A DNA stretch of 63,896 nt, the filler included, from Gonapodya sp. JEL0774 (lineage: Eukaryota), in NCBI GenBank assembly GCA_027604505.1. It is 30 parts of 30 records of this genome, joined end to end, with 100 filler letters (N's around TTAATTAATTAA, not from the genome) between each part and the next. Parts side by side here need not be neighbours in the genome. Positions count along the whole stretch, not along the records: positions 36,355 to 38,385 come from JADIIX010002328.1; positions 38,486 to 40,515 come from JADIIX010002329.1; positions 40,616 to 42,644 come from JADIIX010002330.1; positions 42,745 to 44,773 come from JADIIX010002331.1; positions 44,874 to 46,901 come from JADIIX010002332.1; positions 47,002 to 49,029 come from JADIIX010002333.1; 24 more parts are not named here. One strand, 5' to 3'. Under the pieces are notes generated by a model, which ran no database searches, was not told the DNA's origin, and saw only the letters and a list, made by a program, of their open reading frames with translations. The translations under genes were made by a program, and so were the position numbers. This document shows, piece by piece, positions 36,355-49,029 of the stretch; the first letter of the stretch is position 1; every line of letters starts with the position of its first letter.

Positions 36355-38385
36355 TTGGCTTTCTCGAAGCTTGCAATTGAGACTAATAGGTCACGAATGG
36401 AGGCTTCTCGGAGCTTCCCAGCACTGATGGAACCTCTGGCAGATGGTTTGAATCCTGAACATGTCTCAGACTCAGCCTCCTTGGACAGCACGAACAGAAT
36501 GAAGAGGCTCACAATGAAGAAGCTTCGAGGGTTCTTCACGACATCAAAAGAAGAAGCTCCACAAAGCAGCACCTCCTCACCTCTTCTAAGTAAGGTGTTG
36601 GTGCCTTCTACGTTGAGCGACAAGGGACGGAAAACGAGGGGAACTGAACTCACTGACTCGGATGGAACTTCTTCCGTATATAAACAACCGAAGCGATCAA
36701 AGATCAACCCCAAATCTGTTTCTGCTCCCGGATTGTTTGATTCATGGTCCGAGAGCGCACGGGAGCCTCCTTCTGTGTTTTCCCCCAAGAACCATCTGGA
36801 AGTACAAACCTCTGCCTCTTCAATAGATTTACTCACCACACCTATAAATACGGAACATTCTTATAGAAGATCCAGCTCTATTGCCTCAAGTCAAAGCGGA
36901 AGTTCCTATGTGAACAAGCCTCTACCGCCATTGCCCACGATCTCCAGTACAAGAACCGGTTCTGGTTCATTCATAGATGAAACACTCAGTGTTCATTCCA
37001 TGGATTATTTGAGTTCCACTGCCGCAAATCCAGAAATTCAACCGAGTAATAGAATAAGTGCACCAGATATCACAATCACCACAACCGAAGAAGACAAGAA
37101 GGGCGCCCCAATTGTTCTGGGTTCAACCAATGAAATCTGGATGCAAAATGCATCAGCCGGCGGCCTTCGTGGGTCGCCCGTGGACGCAGAAGAGGATGCA
37201 AAAGTTGTTGCAAAGTTACCCTCCGATGACCATTCTGATGATGTCACGAGTATTCCATCAATCTTCCCACAGAAACTTACGAAAGCAACGAGTATGGCGT
37301 CATTGGACGGCAAGGTTACCAGCCGAAACATGACCCTTCGCGCGGTTGGTTTCTCAGACGCTGGCTCTACTACTCATGACTCGGATCATGAGTTAACAGC
37401 GCATTGGCAGCAGTTCTCATTAGGCTCCGATTTCGATATCCATCGAAGGTGCGAATACCTATTCGTGCTTCTGTTCGTCGCGAAATGCTGATTCGCCCAC
37501 CTACTTTAATTCAGCGTGCGTCATCACATGAATCGCGGAAGCACCCTTCACACAGTCCGAAGAAACCAGTATCGTCAGTTTCGAGCCACATCGGAAGCCA
37601 GCAACGTCGTCAGGCCTTGCGAGTCCACCGATCCCAACAACCTTCTGCAGGCGGTGGTGGAAGTCGAGTTCTTGCCACAAGCGGGCGGACGTCGCACTGA
37701 TATATCACATTTTCGCGTTGCTCGCAGTGCGGACCTTGATACTGTATTGACGGCACTATGTACAACTCGATCCCTGGATCCAGATGATCACACCATATCA
37801 ATATCTGGTGCTGGTACTATCGAATTGGACCGAAACTTGCAGTATTACTTGGATTTGCATAAGTGCACGCGATTCTCTGTTGTACAAGGGCCGAAAGCAT
37901 ACAGCACCAAAATTGTGTGTGAGGATGGTCGGGATGTTATGATTATACGAGACGTAGAGGGGAAGGAACTTGTGATGGCCGCTACAATCGATAAGTTGAT
38001 CGAGCAGATAACTCCTGAGGATGAGAGCAAAGCTGGTACGCATCTTGATGCCTGCGTTTCTGTGTTAGGTGGTGCTTTCAATCACTTTGCAAACAGATCC
38101 AGCGTTTCTCGAAACTCTCCTCTTGACATTTCGATCCTTTGTGACACCGATTGAATTTCTGAACCTGTTGATAGACAGATGAGTTTCAGGATCTTGCTGA
38201 ATGAATACAATGAGATTTTGATCGCCATCGCCGCCGAATCACGTTTGAGAGCGGTATTCCTGAAGATGCGAGTGATGAGGAATATATTGCTCTTCAGCAG
38301 CTCGAATGTCGGGTGAAGATGGGGTGAGTTAGGATGTCGCACTTCCGAAGGTTGGTGTTGCCTTACAACCTCTTCGCTTGTTTAC
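36355..38385 (+). CDS. Ras-family GEF, internal part (Ser-rich region, ubiquitin/RA-like segment, REM domain)
   Basis: VMAATIDKLIEQIT...A|DPAFLETLLLTFRSFVTPIEFLNLLIDR is the RasGEF_N (REM) signature. Confidence 0.8.
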
Positions 38386-38485
38386 NNNNNNNNNNNNNNN
38401 NNNNNNNNNNNNNNNNNNNNNNNNNNNNNTTAATTAATTAANNNNNNNNNNNNNNNNNNNNNNNNNNNNNNNNNNNNNNNNNNNN

Positions 38486-39541
38486 TACCAGCATTAATTG
38501 ATGCACTTTCTGGGAGAACATGGGAAGGCAAAGAAGCTATACTGGAGGCTCTGAGCAAGTGCGCAATTGCAGCTCACAACTTCTTTCAGGAGGGCAGCAA
38601 TCGGGCAAAGCTAGATGATATTTTGAAGGTAGGCATCCTAACCCCTTTCTCTACTGCAAGTTTTTATTGAAAGTGTAGAATATCAGATTCTGCTCCGTGA
38701 AGCAAAAAAGCAAAACCTTTCATACAAGCAACATGCAATTAAAGCGCTGGGTCTATTCTTGGATTCCTTTGACTTTTCTGATCTTGATCCTGTGTATGAT
38801 ATGCTCTTTGAGGTGTCAAAACAGTCTGAAAGTGATCTGGAGGATGATGATGATACAGACAAGAAAACGAAAGGCTTTAATGTGATTGCAGTTCAATCAA
38901 ATGCTTACAAGGCCATGGCACAAGCATTTTCACAGAGATCCTCAAAGCTTCAAGGTAATTATTGTTGCTTTTGATCTCTGGAGAGTTTCTGTAACTTGAG
39001 ACACTATGTGATGTTCAGCTGAGTGGTGTAACAAGATTGCCAACACTTTTGGCGCCACTTTATCTTCACAAACAACCCCTTGGACTGTGAAACTTGCAGT
39101 GCTTGAAGCTACATCATTGTTTCTGAAAAAATTGGATGTGTCATGGGCACATTTCACTGCAGAAACCAGTCTTGTTATGGTGAATGGTCTTCTTGCCAGC
39201 CTGGAAGATTTCAAGGTGAATTTATATCTCTTGTGTAAATATGTGTCTTGGGTACTATATTGTTGTGATATCCACTGGTAGCACTCAATGGTTCGTGAGT
39301 CTGGAATCCAATGCTTGAAAGGATATTATTTGAAAGTCAAAGGTAAAGGCAACAAGTTGTATTCTTATGATCTGTTGTGCTCATGTGTACTGGTACAGAC
39401 TCTGCTTGTTTCACTGCCACCTTGGGTTCCCACATGAGGGAGGAGCTCTCACGTGTGTCAGAAAAGGAGGGCATCTTAGGTATCCGTACTATTGAAGTAG
39501 AACTTGCTGCTTACATTGAGAAGCAAGTAACAACTGCATAA
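38486..39541 (+). CDS. ECM29: Proteasome adaptor Ecm29, C-terminal HEAT repeats, spliced
   Basis: PALIDALSGRTWEGKEAILEAL; ILLREAKKQNLSYKQHAIKALG; stop TAA at 39539-39541. Confidence 0.82.
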
Positions 39542-42011
39542 GAACCTTCAGTATTGTAACTGGCAGGAGTATTCAAGATATAAGAGTGTTGCAAACCTGA
39601 CACGGAAGACAGCCTTGCACTTTTGTTGCATTCATGTGGTCCACAGACTTCTCCTGCTTGTTGAACCGTTTAAAGTGTTGGAATGATTTGATTTCCAAGC
39701 ATTACAGTAAAGGCAGACTGGGCATGACAATAATGCATTGCCATCAGTGCATCTGGTATGGTTGCAGCTGATTCCTATTCTAGTGTGAAAGTGCAGTGAG
39801 GAAAGATGAAACATGGAAATTGAGTTTGAATCTGAGCACAGATGACCAGGTGTGATGTGCTGAGCTTACTAATGACACTCTGGCCATGCCCAGCAGCACA
39901 AAAGATCAGGCTTGCCAAGCCAAGCTGGATCTTGAGCTCTAGATTTAAATGTCAAACCCAGAGGTACACAAACTTCCAGAATTTGCACTGATTATCTGTG
40001 CATCTCCACAAGTGTCCCTCAGAGAGGCTTTTCTCATCTTCTTCCTCAGTCATCACAAAGAAAACAAGTAGTTTAAAACCTCAGAATAGTTGGAAGTTGT
40101 TCTGTTTGGTGACTGGTGGAAGGATTATTGAAGTATGGCTTGAGTTTGGATGTCAAATAGCTCAACTGCAAACAGTGATCAAAGGATGCCAATAGGCGCA
40201 TTGGAACCGCCTTGAAGAGGAGATATGTTTTGGTTGTTAAACGACCTCTCTAGCATCCCTGGTTGTGGAGTTATGTAGTGAGCAATTGGACTTGGAGTGT
40301 GAGGCGAGAAGTGTAGTACCGGTGACCACAGTAGTGCACAGAGATTGAGTGATTCATAATAATATTGATACGTTGCAACCCCCACCAACCCCTCAAAAGC
40401 TCATTAAGGATCATTCAATGGCAAGAAGGAGGACAGATGCTCCCAAGAACAATGAATGGGAAGATATAGAGTCTGAAGATGATATAGAAGAAGCAGATAG
40501 TGACTTGAAGTACATNNNNNNNNNNNNNNNNNNNNNNNNNNNNNNNNNNNNNNNNNNNNTTAATTAATTAANNNNNNNNNNNNNNNNNNNNNNNNNNNNN
40601 NNNNNNNNNNNNNNNAACTGAATTTGACTGTTGGTCGACTTCACTGGACAGAAGTTCTGGCATGAGGAGTTTGTTGTTTGAATAATCAGACCCAGCGAGT
40701 ATCCCGCGTCATGTACGATGGCATTCTTGCCCAGCCAGATCGAATTACGAGGACTAAGGGAGCTGGTACCAAAAACTGTGATACGATCTGAAATTACAAG
40801 ATTCAACAAAGTGAAGACTGTGAGTCCCTTTTCGCAAGATTCTCAGTTCACGGTTGTACTGACCTGAGATACCAAACTTCCACAAGGTTTCCTTGAAAAA
40901 CGGTAGCATAACACTAAAAGATACATATTCAAGAGTGGCAAAGTTTTGACGTCTCACTGAACCATTGAAAATCAGCTGATTGGCTGATGACTCTTCCCAT
41001 CACTCACTCTGGATCATCATACGAGACTCTTTCCAAGCTGACAGCAACACCTATAGCTTGCGATGCGAGTTGCATCTACCCCCAAAAGTGACAAACCAGA
41101 CGGATATAGATAAGCCTGACATCGAATTGCCAAAACGAAAGATCCTGACCTGCACAATGTACGCTTCTGAAAAAGCAACAGTTCGAGAATCTTGGTATCA
41201 CCACACCGACTCGGACAACACGTGTGCCAGACAAACCTATTCCCTTCGCAACGTCAGAACTTGCGTCCATGTGCCTGGTCATCGCGAGGGCCTCGATGCT
41301 TCGGGAGACTGCACAAATCACAACAGGATTTCTGCTTCGACCGTTTACCCTTGAAAGTCACCTTCACGTACCTTGGTTGGACGCGTTTGCTATGCCTTTG
41401 TTATTCGTGAGGACTCCGATTGTGACGGTGATAACTGCGACAAGACTGGTGCTGGTTATTGAAACGTGAAAGGTCCGTCCAGAACTTGTGTGAGGGTTCG
41501 TTGATATCGCAACGCGGGGGGAGCGCCAAAGATCACCTGAAGACTACGAGAAGGACGATGATAGTCCATAATGGCATTTTGTAGAGAGTTGGCTTCATTG
41601 TTCCGTTGTGGATTTATGGTCGCCAGGCAGACAACAACACAAGAGATTGAGATTACAGGAAGGCTGCCTGACGTCAACAGCACTGATACAAAGAGTCAAA
41701 GGTTCGTCCTCGAAGTTCGATGCTGGACGTATAGCTGAGTGTATATGGTCTGGGAAAGGTCCTCCTGGGTGAAACGATGTCCCAGGCTAAGTACTTCGCG
41801 CGATCGTTGATCGTGCCCAAGGCAATTCACGCTGGCTCCTTGCGTTAGATCTTGCCTCGGTGATGTTCTCGTTCGCGGCATATCACAGTATCCCGCCAAG
41901 CGTTGCCTTTCACGTTCTGAATCTGTCGTGGTTCTGAATGCAATCCAACAAGCCACCCACACAATTTATTCGTCTCCCACTCGCACTCCCACTCTTGTCT
42001 GCTATCGCAGG

Positions 42012-42644
42012 ATGTCGTCGCCGACTTCACCGGCTGAAGACAGCGAGCAGGATCACGAGTTGCCGCAGCGGGAATTCAGAGTCGACCTGGATCCCAGTTT
42101 CGCATACAAAAACCGTTCGTGTTCCCTTCATCGCGCCATCGCATGTTTTAGCGTTGATATTCAGTAACTTCAAATAATTTCCCAATTTCATCGACGATTC
42201 CGTCTACATTATTGCTGGCTTTGCCTCGTTTCTGTCGCTCAATTCGACCACAGGCTCCTTTCTCTCCCTCTACCTCGTTTCCTCAGCACTCTCCACCCTT
42301 CCCCAAGCGTTTCCATCACACCCGTCGCTGCTCTCCGTCTCCGTGACATTCACCGCCGCGGCGGCCAAATTTGGTCCTGTGAGAGTGGCCGACGCGGAGG
42401 CCACAACCCACGTGGGGATCAAGGTGGGAAAGACGGAGGAGCCAAACGGTGACGCAAAAGACGGAGACGGCGCCAACGCAGAAGACACTCATCCGTCTGC
42501 CGACAACGGTACCTCGGACGCCACTGCGGAGCCGCCGCTCTCTCCGATCTCCCCAACCTCCCCACCCATCCAACCCGACTTCACCCTCCTCATCCCTCCA
42601 AACACCCACGCAACGCCCGCTGCCCTTGCTGCCTATCGCGCTCG
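42012..42644 (+). CDS. Hypothetical protein N-terminus, probably spliced, 3' truncated
   Basis: ATG at 42012 (MSSPTSPAEDSEQDHELPQREFRVDLDPSFAYKN) and a downstream open frame running to the contig end. Confidence 0.35.
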
Positions 42645-42744
42645 NNNNNNNNNNNNNNNNNNNNNNNNNNNNNNNNNNNNNNNNNNNNTTAATTAATTAA
42701 NNNNNNNNNNNNNNNNNNNNNNNNNNNNNNNNNNNNNNNNNNNN

Positions 42745-44773
42745 GAGGACAAGAAGGGCATCCGAGCTCGCCCCGAGGAGGTTGAAGGCAGTGGTGACGT
42801 CATGTACCATCTTGGAGCGTCCGCAGACCGTGTCATGTTCAATGGCAAGGAGATCCATTTGTCACTTGTTGCAAACCCATCGCACTTGGAGGCTTCGGAT
42901 CCGGTGGTGGAAGGGAAGGCTCGTGCGAAGCAGTTCTGGACCAACGACTAGTGAGCTACACGTGGTTTCCGCACCGACGTGCAAACAGGCACATCGATTG
43001 TTTGCTAATTTTTTCTCGTTCGCTCACTCCTTTAGTCGGCACGATCGACACATGGCTATTCAAATCCACGGTGATGCGGCGTTTGCCGGTCAAGGTGTGG
43101 TTGTGGAGACCATGGGTATGCAGGATCTTCCAGACTACACCACAGGAGGAACGATCCACATTGTGGTCAACAACCAGATCGGATTCACTACCAACCCCAA
43201 ATTTTCCCGGAGTAGCCCGTACCCTACAGATGTTGCGAAAGGTCTCCAGGTGAGTTCTTGATGCATCTGTAGTGGAGCTTTATTTTGGCTCTAAAACGGG
43301 GAATAATCCTTATCTTCAGTGCCCCATATTCCACGTGAACGGTGACGACCCTGAAGCTGTCGTGTGGGCTGCCGAGACCGCCACTGAGTACCGCATGATG
43401 TTCAAGGACACAGCCGTCATCGACATTTTCTGCTACAGAAAGCAGGGTCACAACGAAATGGACGAGCCCATGTTTACACAACCAATTGTAAGTTATCATA
43501 TCACAGCTGTTTTTGCATACTTGGTATAACACTCTTTATCTGTACTCCCCACGTCCACAGATGTACAAAAAGATTGCCAAGCAGACCCCTACTCTTGAGC
43601 TTTACCGCCGGCGTCTTCAGGAAGAGAAAGTGTTAGAGGACTCTGAGATATCTGCCATCGACCAAAAGTACCTCGAGTTGTGTGAGGAGCAGTACGCAAA
43701 GTCGAGTGATGCTGCATATGAGCCCCCAGGCGAATGGCTTCAGGATGCCTGGTCTGGTTGGTATTCTCCGTGTTGTGGTTTAGTGTTGTTGACCGAACAC
43801 AAGTATCTACCCCCGACCTGTGAAATCAACAGGTATGCTCAAGCCTTCGCAGCTCGCCACCCGTCAAGAAACCGGTGTTGACGTCGACGAACTCCGAGCT
43901 ATCGGACAAAAGATCACCGAACTCCCTTCTACTGTCCGTCCTCACCGGAAGATTGCGCAACTATACCAGCAACGTCGCGCTGTCATTGAAAAGGGAACCG
44001 CCCTTGACTGGGGCGTGGGCGAGCAGCTTGCGTTTGCGACATTGTTGGCGGAAGGTTACCATGTCAGGCTGTCCGGCCAAGACTCTGAGCGTGGCACTTT
44101 CTCTCACCGGTAGGTTATCCGCTTGCGCGTGGACACGGCAAGTTCAGCTTCTGATGTCAAACTGGCTCTTTTTCCAGTCACTCCGTTGTTTATGATCAAG
44201 AAACGGAAGAGAGGTACATTCCATTGGCCAACGTTAACAGGAAGTCCGACGGCGTGTCGCTCTTCAATGTGTCCAACTCCCCGCTTGTAAGTCGGCCACC
44301 GTGTTCACGATGGTCCTCGAGCCAACCCTCATCTGAACTCTCGTTTGTATGCATAGCATGAGTATGGTGTCCTCGGCTTCGAGTACGGTTACTCTTTGGA
44401 GAACCCCAATGCTCTTGTTATGTGGGAGGCACAGTTTGGAGACTTCGGTGAGTATTTTCCTCGGCGCCAGGCTCTCACCAATGGTCCTCATCTTTGTCAG
44501 TGCCTCCGTTGCCCGCCATTCAGCCAACGGTGCTCAGATCATTGTGGATCAATTCCTCTCCTCCGCTGAACACAAGTGGTACCGTCAGTCCGGGCTCGTT
44601 ATGATGCTCCCCCACGGCTACGAGGGTCAAGGACCCGAGCACTCCTCCGCTCGTTTAGAACGTTACCTCCAACTTGTCTCCGAAGAGCCTCACGTCTTCC
44701 CCAAATCCGACGACCTGGACCCGCAAAGCATCTCGAAACATCTCATGAAGCAGACTCAGGGTATCAACTACGT
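42745..44773 (+). CDS. KGD1: 2-oxoglutarate dehydrogenase E1 component, internal part, multi-exon
   Basis: [95 protein letters not shown]. Confidence 0.96.
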
Positions 44774-44873
44774 NNNNNNNNNNNNNNNNNNNNNNNNNNN
44801 NNNNNNNNNNNNNNNNNTTAATTAATTAANNNNNNNNNNNNNNNNNNNNNNNNNNNNNNNNNNNNNNNNNNNN

Positions 44874-46637
44874 TTTCCCGCTAGTGCTCATCACCGTTCC
44901 AGGTACTGGATGCGACTCGACCGGGGCGATGGCGTTGACTGGTTTGCCACCAACCTTCATTTGAGATTCAGGTTCGAAATCGGACGGCAAAATTCTGCGA
45001 AGTCCTGTTTCATCAGTGACTTTCCCTTCGACAACTTGCCAAAGTCTTAATTCAACCTGTCCGCCTGGCCTGTCCTCTGCACATACCATACACCAGTACC
45101 GTTTCCACTTTCGATCACTAGCCCGTTCTGACGGCGAAGATTTCATGTGTTTCAAAGTTAGTAAGCCTTCTCGGTACAACGGCATTTTGGGTGGGTCAAG
45201 GGAGGGCAGTGTGATATCGGCCGCCTGCGTCATTTGTAGCACTGCATTTACGTTCAAAGTTGTGGGAGCATTCCTCGAAGAGCGAACAGACGCTGGTGAT
45301 GACGGAGTGGTTGGGTCGCGAACGATACGTAGCTGGGAGGTGATATGAATGGAACGGTCCTGAATGTCGACTTCTGAGCGGGTTGATCGGTGCATTCCGG
45401 CGGATGTTTGGTGACTTTTGGGTGTGAATACTCCTTTTAAAAATCCTCTTATTGAAGTTGGTGAGTCTTCTTTTGGTGGAATCACTGCTGATATGCTACC
45501 AAAAGATGAGCTTGCCAAAGAATCATGTGATTCCAAGGTTTTCGTTTCGAACCCTGAGAGCCAGGACGACAGAGAGCTGCGCGACGTAGAAGATGCAATC
45601 GTGGCTGGAAGAGAGGGACGGCGATTTCTTTTACCCGGACTGTGTCGCGAAACGTCACTTGAGGCACTCTGCCGGCCGGTTGAAGGAGTAGGTAATTGAC
45701 GGGATTTTATGGATTTGTAGAGATCCCCAAGCAGCGTCTCCATTTCTGCTTTCCACTTTCGTTTCGATGTCGAGAGTGTATTGCCCGAAGAACCCACGGT
45801 AAGGGCATCTGGACTGGTGGCTGATACCGCAAGGAATGCCGCCAAAGTATTTTCGATGTAATCACGCTTCGACATGGCCGAGTCACGCGTCCCTACAGCA
45901 ATCGCCTTGTGAAGATCGGTGTTCAAGAGGACGAGAGAGTAGGCAAGTTGATAGGTGATGTCTTGAACCAGTTCCCCCAGAGCACTGGTGACGTCAGTCT
46001 CTAGGATGACTCAATTTTACTATAAGCGGGCGATTCACCTTCGGATTTCAGTAGGCCTTGCTGATCCGGATTGCTCTCAAAGTATCTCGAGGCGAATGCT
46101 TGGATTATTCGGTCAATCGCTTGACTCTCGAGCTCGAACAGGGCGATCCTCAAGCACACACATCGGAGAGCGTCGTCTATGCGAAGATGTGATATCTCAA
46201 AGAAGCGAAAGTATTGAGATAATACGGCGTTTCTTGATGGGGTTCTGAGGAAGCATTTGTGTTAGTACACGGAAACAGAGAACTCTACCATGCTGAATGA
46301 TCCGCAGAAATACACAGTCGACGCAATACAATGATCAATAGACGCACCCGAGGGTCAACCACTTGGAAACTTTCTCCACAGAGACTTCGGGGAGCTTGCC
46401 GTCCCACAATTTGCGAGCAAGTTTCGCGGAGTGTTCCGATTCGTCATAGTCGCTCCGCTTTCCACTTCGCGACGAAGTGACATCCAGGAGCTCTGCTGGA
46501 ATAGTGACCATTATGTTGGGCGGTCTCTTTCTTTTGGTTCCGGGGGACTGGGCGGGGGGAGATGGAATCACTAGAGTGCGTTCGTCTGCTGGTTGTTCCG
46601 ACTCTGTAGACCGAGGAGCACGCGGTGACGCCATCAT
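44874..46637 (-). CDS. Sec7 + PH domain Arf-GEF (EFA6/PSD, Yel1/Syt1-like), 3' truncated
   Basis: IDDALRCVCLRIALFELESQAIDRIIQAFASRYFESNP (Glu finger); YQLAYSLVLLNTDLH; PH start YREGLLTLKH...DRKWKRYWCMV. Confidence 0.88.
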
Positions 46638-47001
46638 TATCGCAATTAACGCGTCCGTCGACAGACAAAATTGATGGTTTCCTTTTTGAAAATGAGGACA
46701 GTTGAGAGTGATGGTGGTGGATCAATTCCGACCACAGCACTTCGCTTGAAAGTTCGTTTGATGGGGCCCGAATGATGCAAAGAGATATTTAGTCGTTCAT
46801 CGATTCTCTTTGACAGATCAACTCAAAATTGAAATCAGTAAGCGTGTTAATCAAATAGCTCTTATTAGTGTCCAATTCCTGACAGGTATGGTCATTGCCC
46901 ANNNNNNNNNNNNNNNNNNNNNNNNNNNNNNNNNNNNNNNNNNNNTTAATTAATTAANNNNNNNNNNNNNNNNNNNNNNNNNNNNNNNNNNNNNNNNNNN
47001 N

Positions 47002-49029
47002 TTTGACTTGAGCACAGTGGATGGACTAAGTGAGGCAGACGGCGCGGAAAGTATCGCGGGAACCCCTTCTGGCTCGACCGCTGCTGGATCAAGCGCTCCG
47101 AATTTCGGATCGTCCAGAGATCTGCGGAACACTAATTTAGCTCCCAAAGTCACGATCGGTTCTTATTCGTCTGAACAACTAGTTCGCCCAGTCTCATCTT
47201 CAAGCGAACGACGAACTGCAAACTCGAGTAAGTCGGCGAACATAGGATCGCCACTCGTAAGAAAATCCGGTCCTGCGAAATCCACTGCGCAGTCATCGCT
47301 ATCATTTGACACGGGTATTCCGACATTGGGAGTCAAATCTATGTCGACCACCCTTCAGGAGTCATTCTCTGCAGGCCGGGATGTATTATCTGTCGATGCT
47401 TCCCGACAATTTCAGCGTTCGTCTACGAGTTTCGAGTCCATGCCTTCGGGCTCAGTGGGCTCGGACGCCGGGTCAGGTGTTCCACTGGGGCAACTGCGGG
47501 GCGAGAGCTTCGCACGATCGAAACTACAAACCACCATTGTCGCAGAGGTGGTCAAACCACCATCACGAGTGCAGTGGGGTTCGTTAATTCCACTGTCGAA
47601 TCTTATTCCCCTTTATCTTCACATTGAACAAATATTTTATCTCCGTAGATACCCAGGACCGCCATTTGAAGACTCTTTTGGACAGGAAGTCAGCTTCTCT
47701 CTTCCCTCCCCCTCTTGGTATGACATCTTATACTGGCATGCATTTTAACTCTTCGAACAATCATCTTCATGTCTATTTCATCAAATCGTTCTAGTTTTGG
47801 GCTCTCTTGTCTCAAAATCGTCATTGACGAGCTATCCGATTGATCGTCGCATCGAGAACTCGGGTGCTCTAAAAAATTGGAAGCCCGAGGGCACTCACAT
47901 TGCGACTTTCCACGAGCACACATCCGCCATCAATCGAGTTCGATTATCACCAGATTCGGTCTTTTTCGCGACTGCATCAGATGATGGAACCGTCAAGATA
48001 TGGGATACATTGAGGTTGGAAAGGAACGTAACGAATCATTCTCGTCAGACCCACAAACAAGGTAGTCTGGTCCACAATACGCGCACGTTTTGTCAAATTA
48101 CTAGCAAGATTTAACCATTGACAGGTGGCAAGATCAAAGCTCTCACCTTTTGTGAAGGAACGCATGGGATTGCTTCTGCATCCGAAAATGGTTCCATTCA
48201 CGTGTCTCGCGTTGAGTATATTCCCTCATCTACCACTCCCAAGTACCGCAGCTTTGATGTTGTGCGCTCGCGGGCTCTGGAGGACGACAACGTGACTTGT
48301 ATGGAGCACTACGGAACGGACATAGCGTCAATGTTAGTTTACACAACAAAGAAAGGAAAAGTTTGCGGGTTCGACTTAAGAACAATGAAAGTGGAGTGGG
48401 AGATGCATAACCCAGCTCATTATGGTGAGGCCACTATCATCATCGCAGCCTCGATTATTGCATGAGCTGGTTTCCATTGTTGCCAGGGGTCCTCACAAGC
48501 TTTGCTATCGACCAAACGCGATCTTGGATGCTTTCCGGTTCCTCTCGAGGTGTCTTCACACTCTGGGACATTCGTTTTGCCATCCCTCTACGTTCGTGGG
48601 CCCACCCGTCTCGGTCGCGCATTCTCCGTATCGAACCTTGGCCTTCTTCGCGAATGAAGGGACGTGGAATGCTAGCGAGTGTAGAGGGAATGACGAATGA
48701 AGTGGGTTTATGGGATGTCGAGAAGGCTGAGTGCAAAGAGTTGTGGTGTGTCGTGGAAAGTGCGGGGGATGGGCCATCGGATGGTGATGCGGAATCACTG
48801 TACGGGAAAGGTCTGAAGGTGAGAGTCTCCGGTCAAATGATCTATGGATGCACTCATGTGCAACGGACATCATCTCTTGTCTGTTTTGTTCTCAGGTGTT
48901 ACCAACCCCGGAACCCAACGACTATAACCTCCTCCCTCTCAATAACCGCCCTAACCGATCTGCCTTTGCGCTTTACGGATCTCCGGACTCCTCTTTCCTT
49001 TTGACCGCCGGAACCGACCGAAAAATCCG
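47002..49029 (+). CDS. VPS15: Vps15/PIK3R4, linker and WD40 region
   Basis: WKPEGTHIATFHEHTSAINRVRLSPDSVFFATASDDGTVKIWDTLRLERNVT; NPAHYG; GSSRGVFTLWDIRF; FLLTAGTDRKIR. Confidence 0.93.

Noticed and set aside
40616..41960. Short ORFs on both strands
   Set aside because: I could not build a consistent spliced model or find a family motif.
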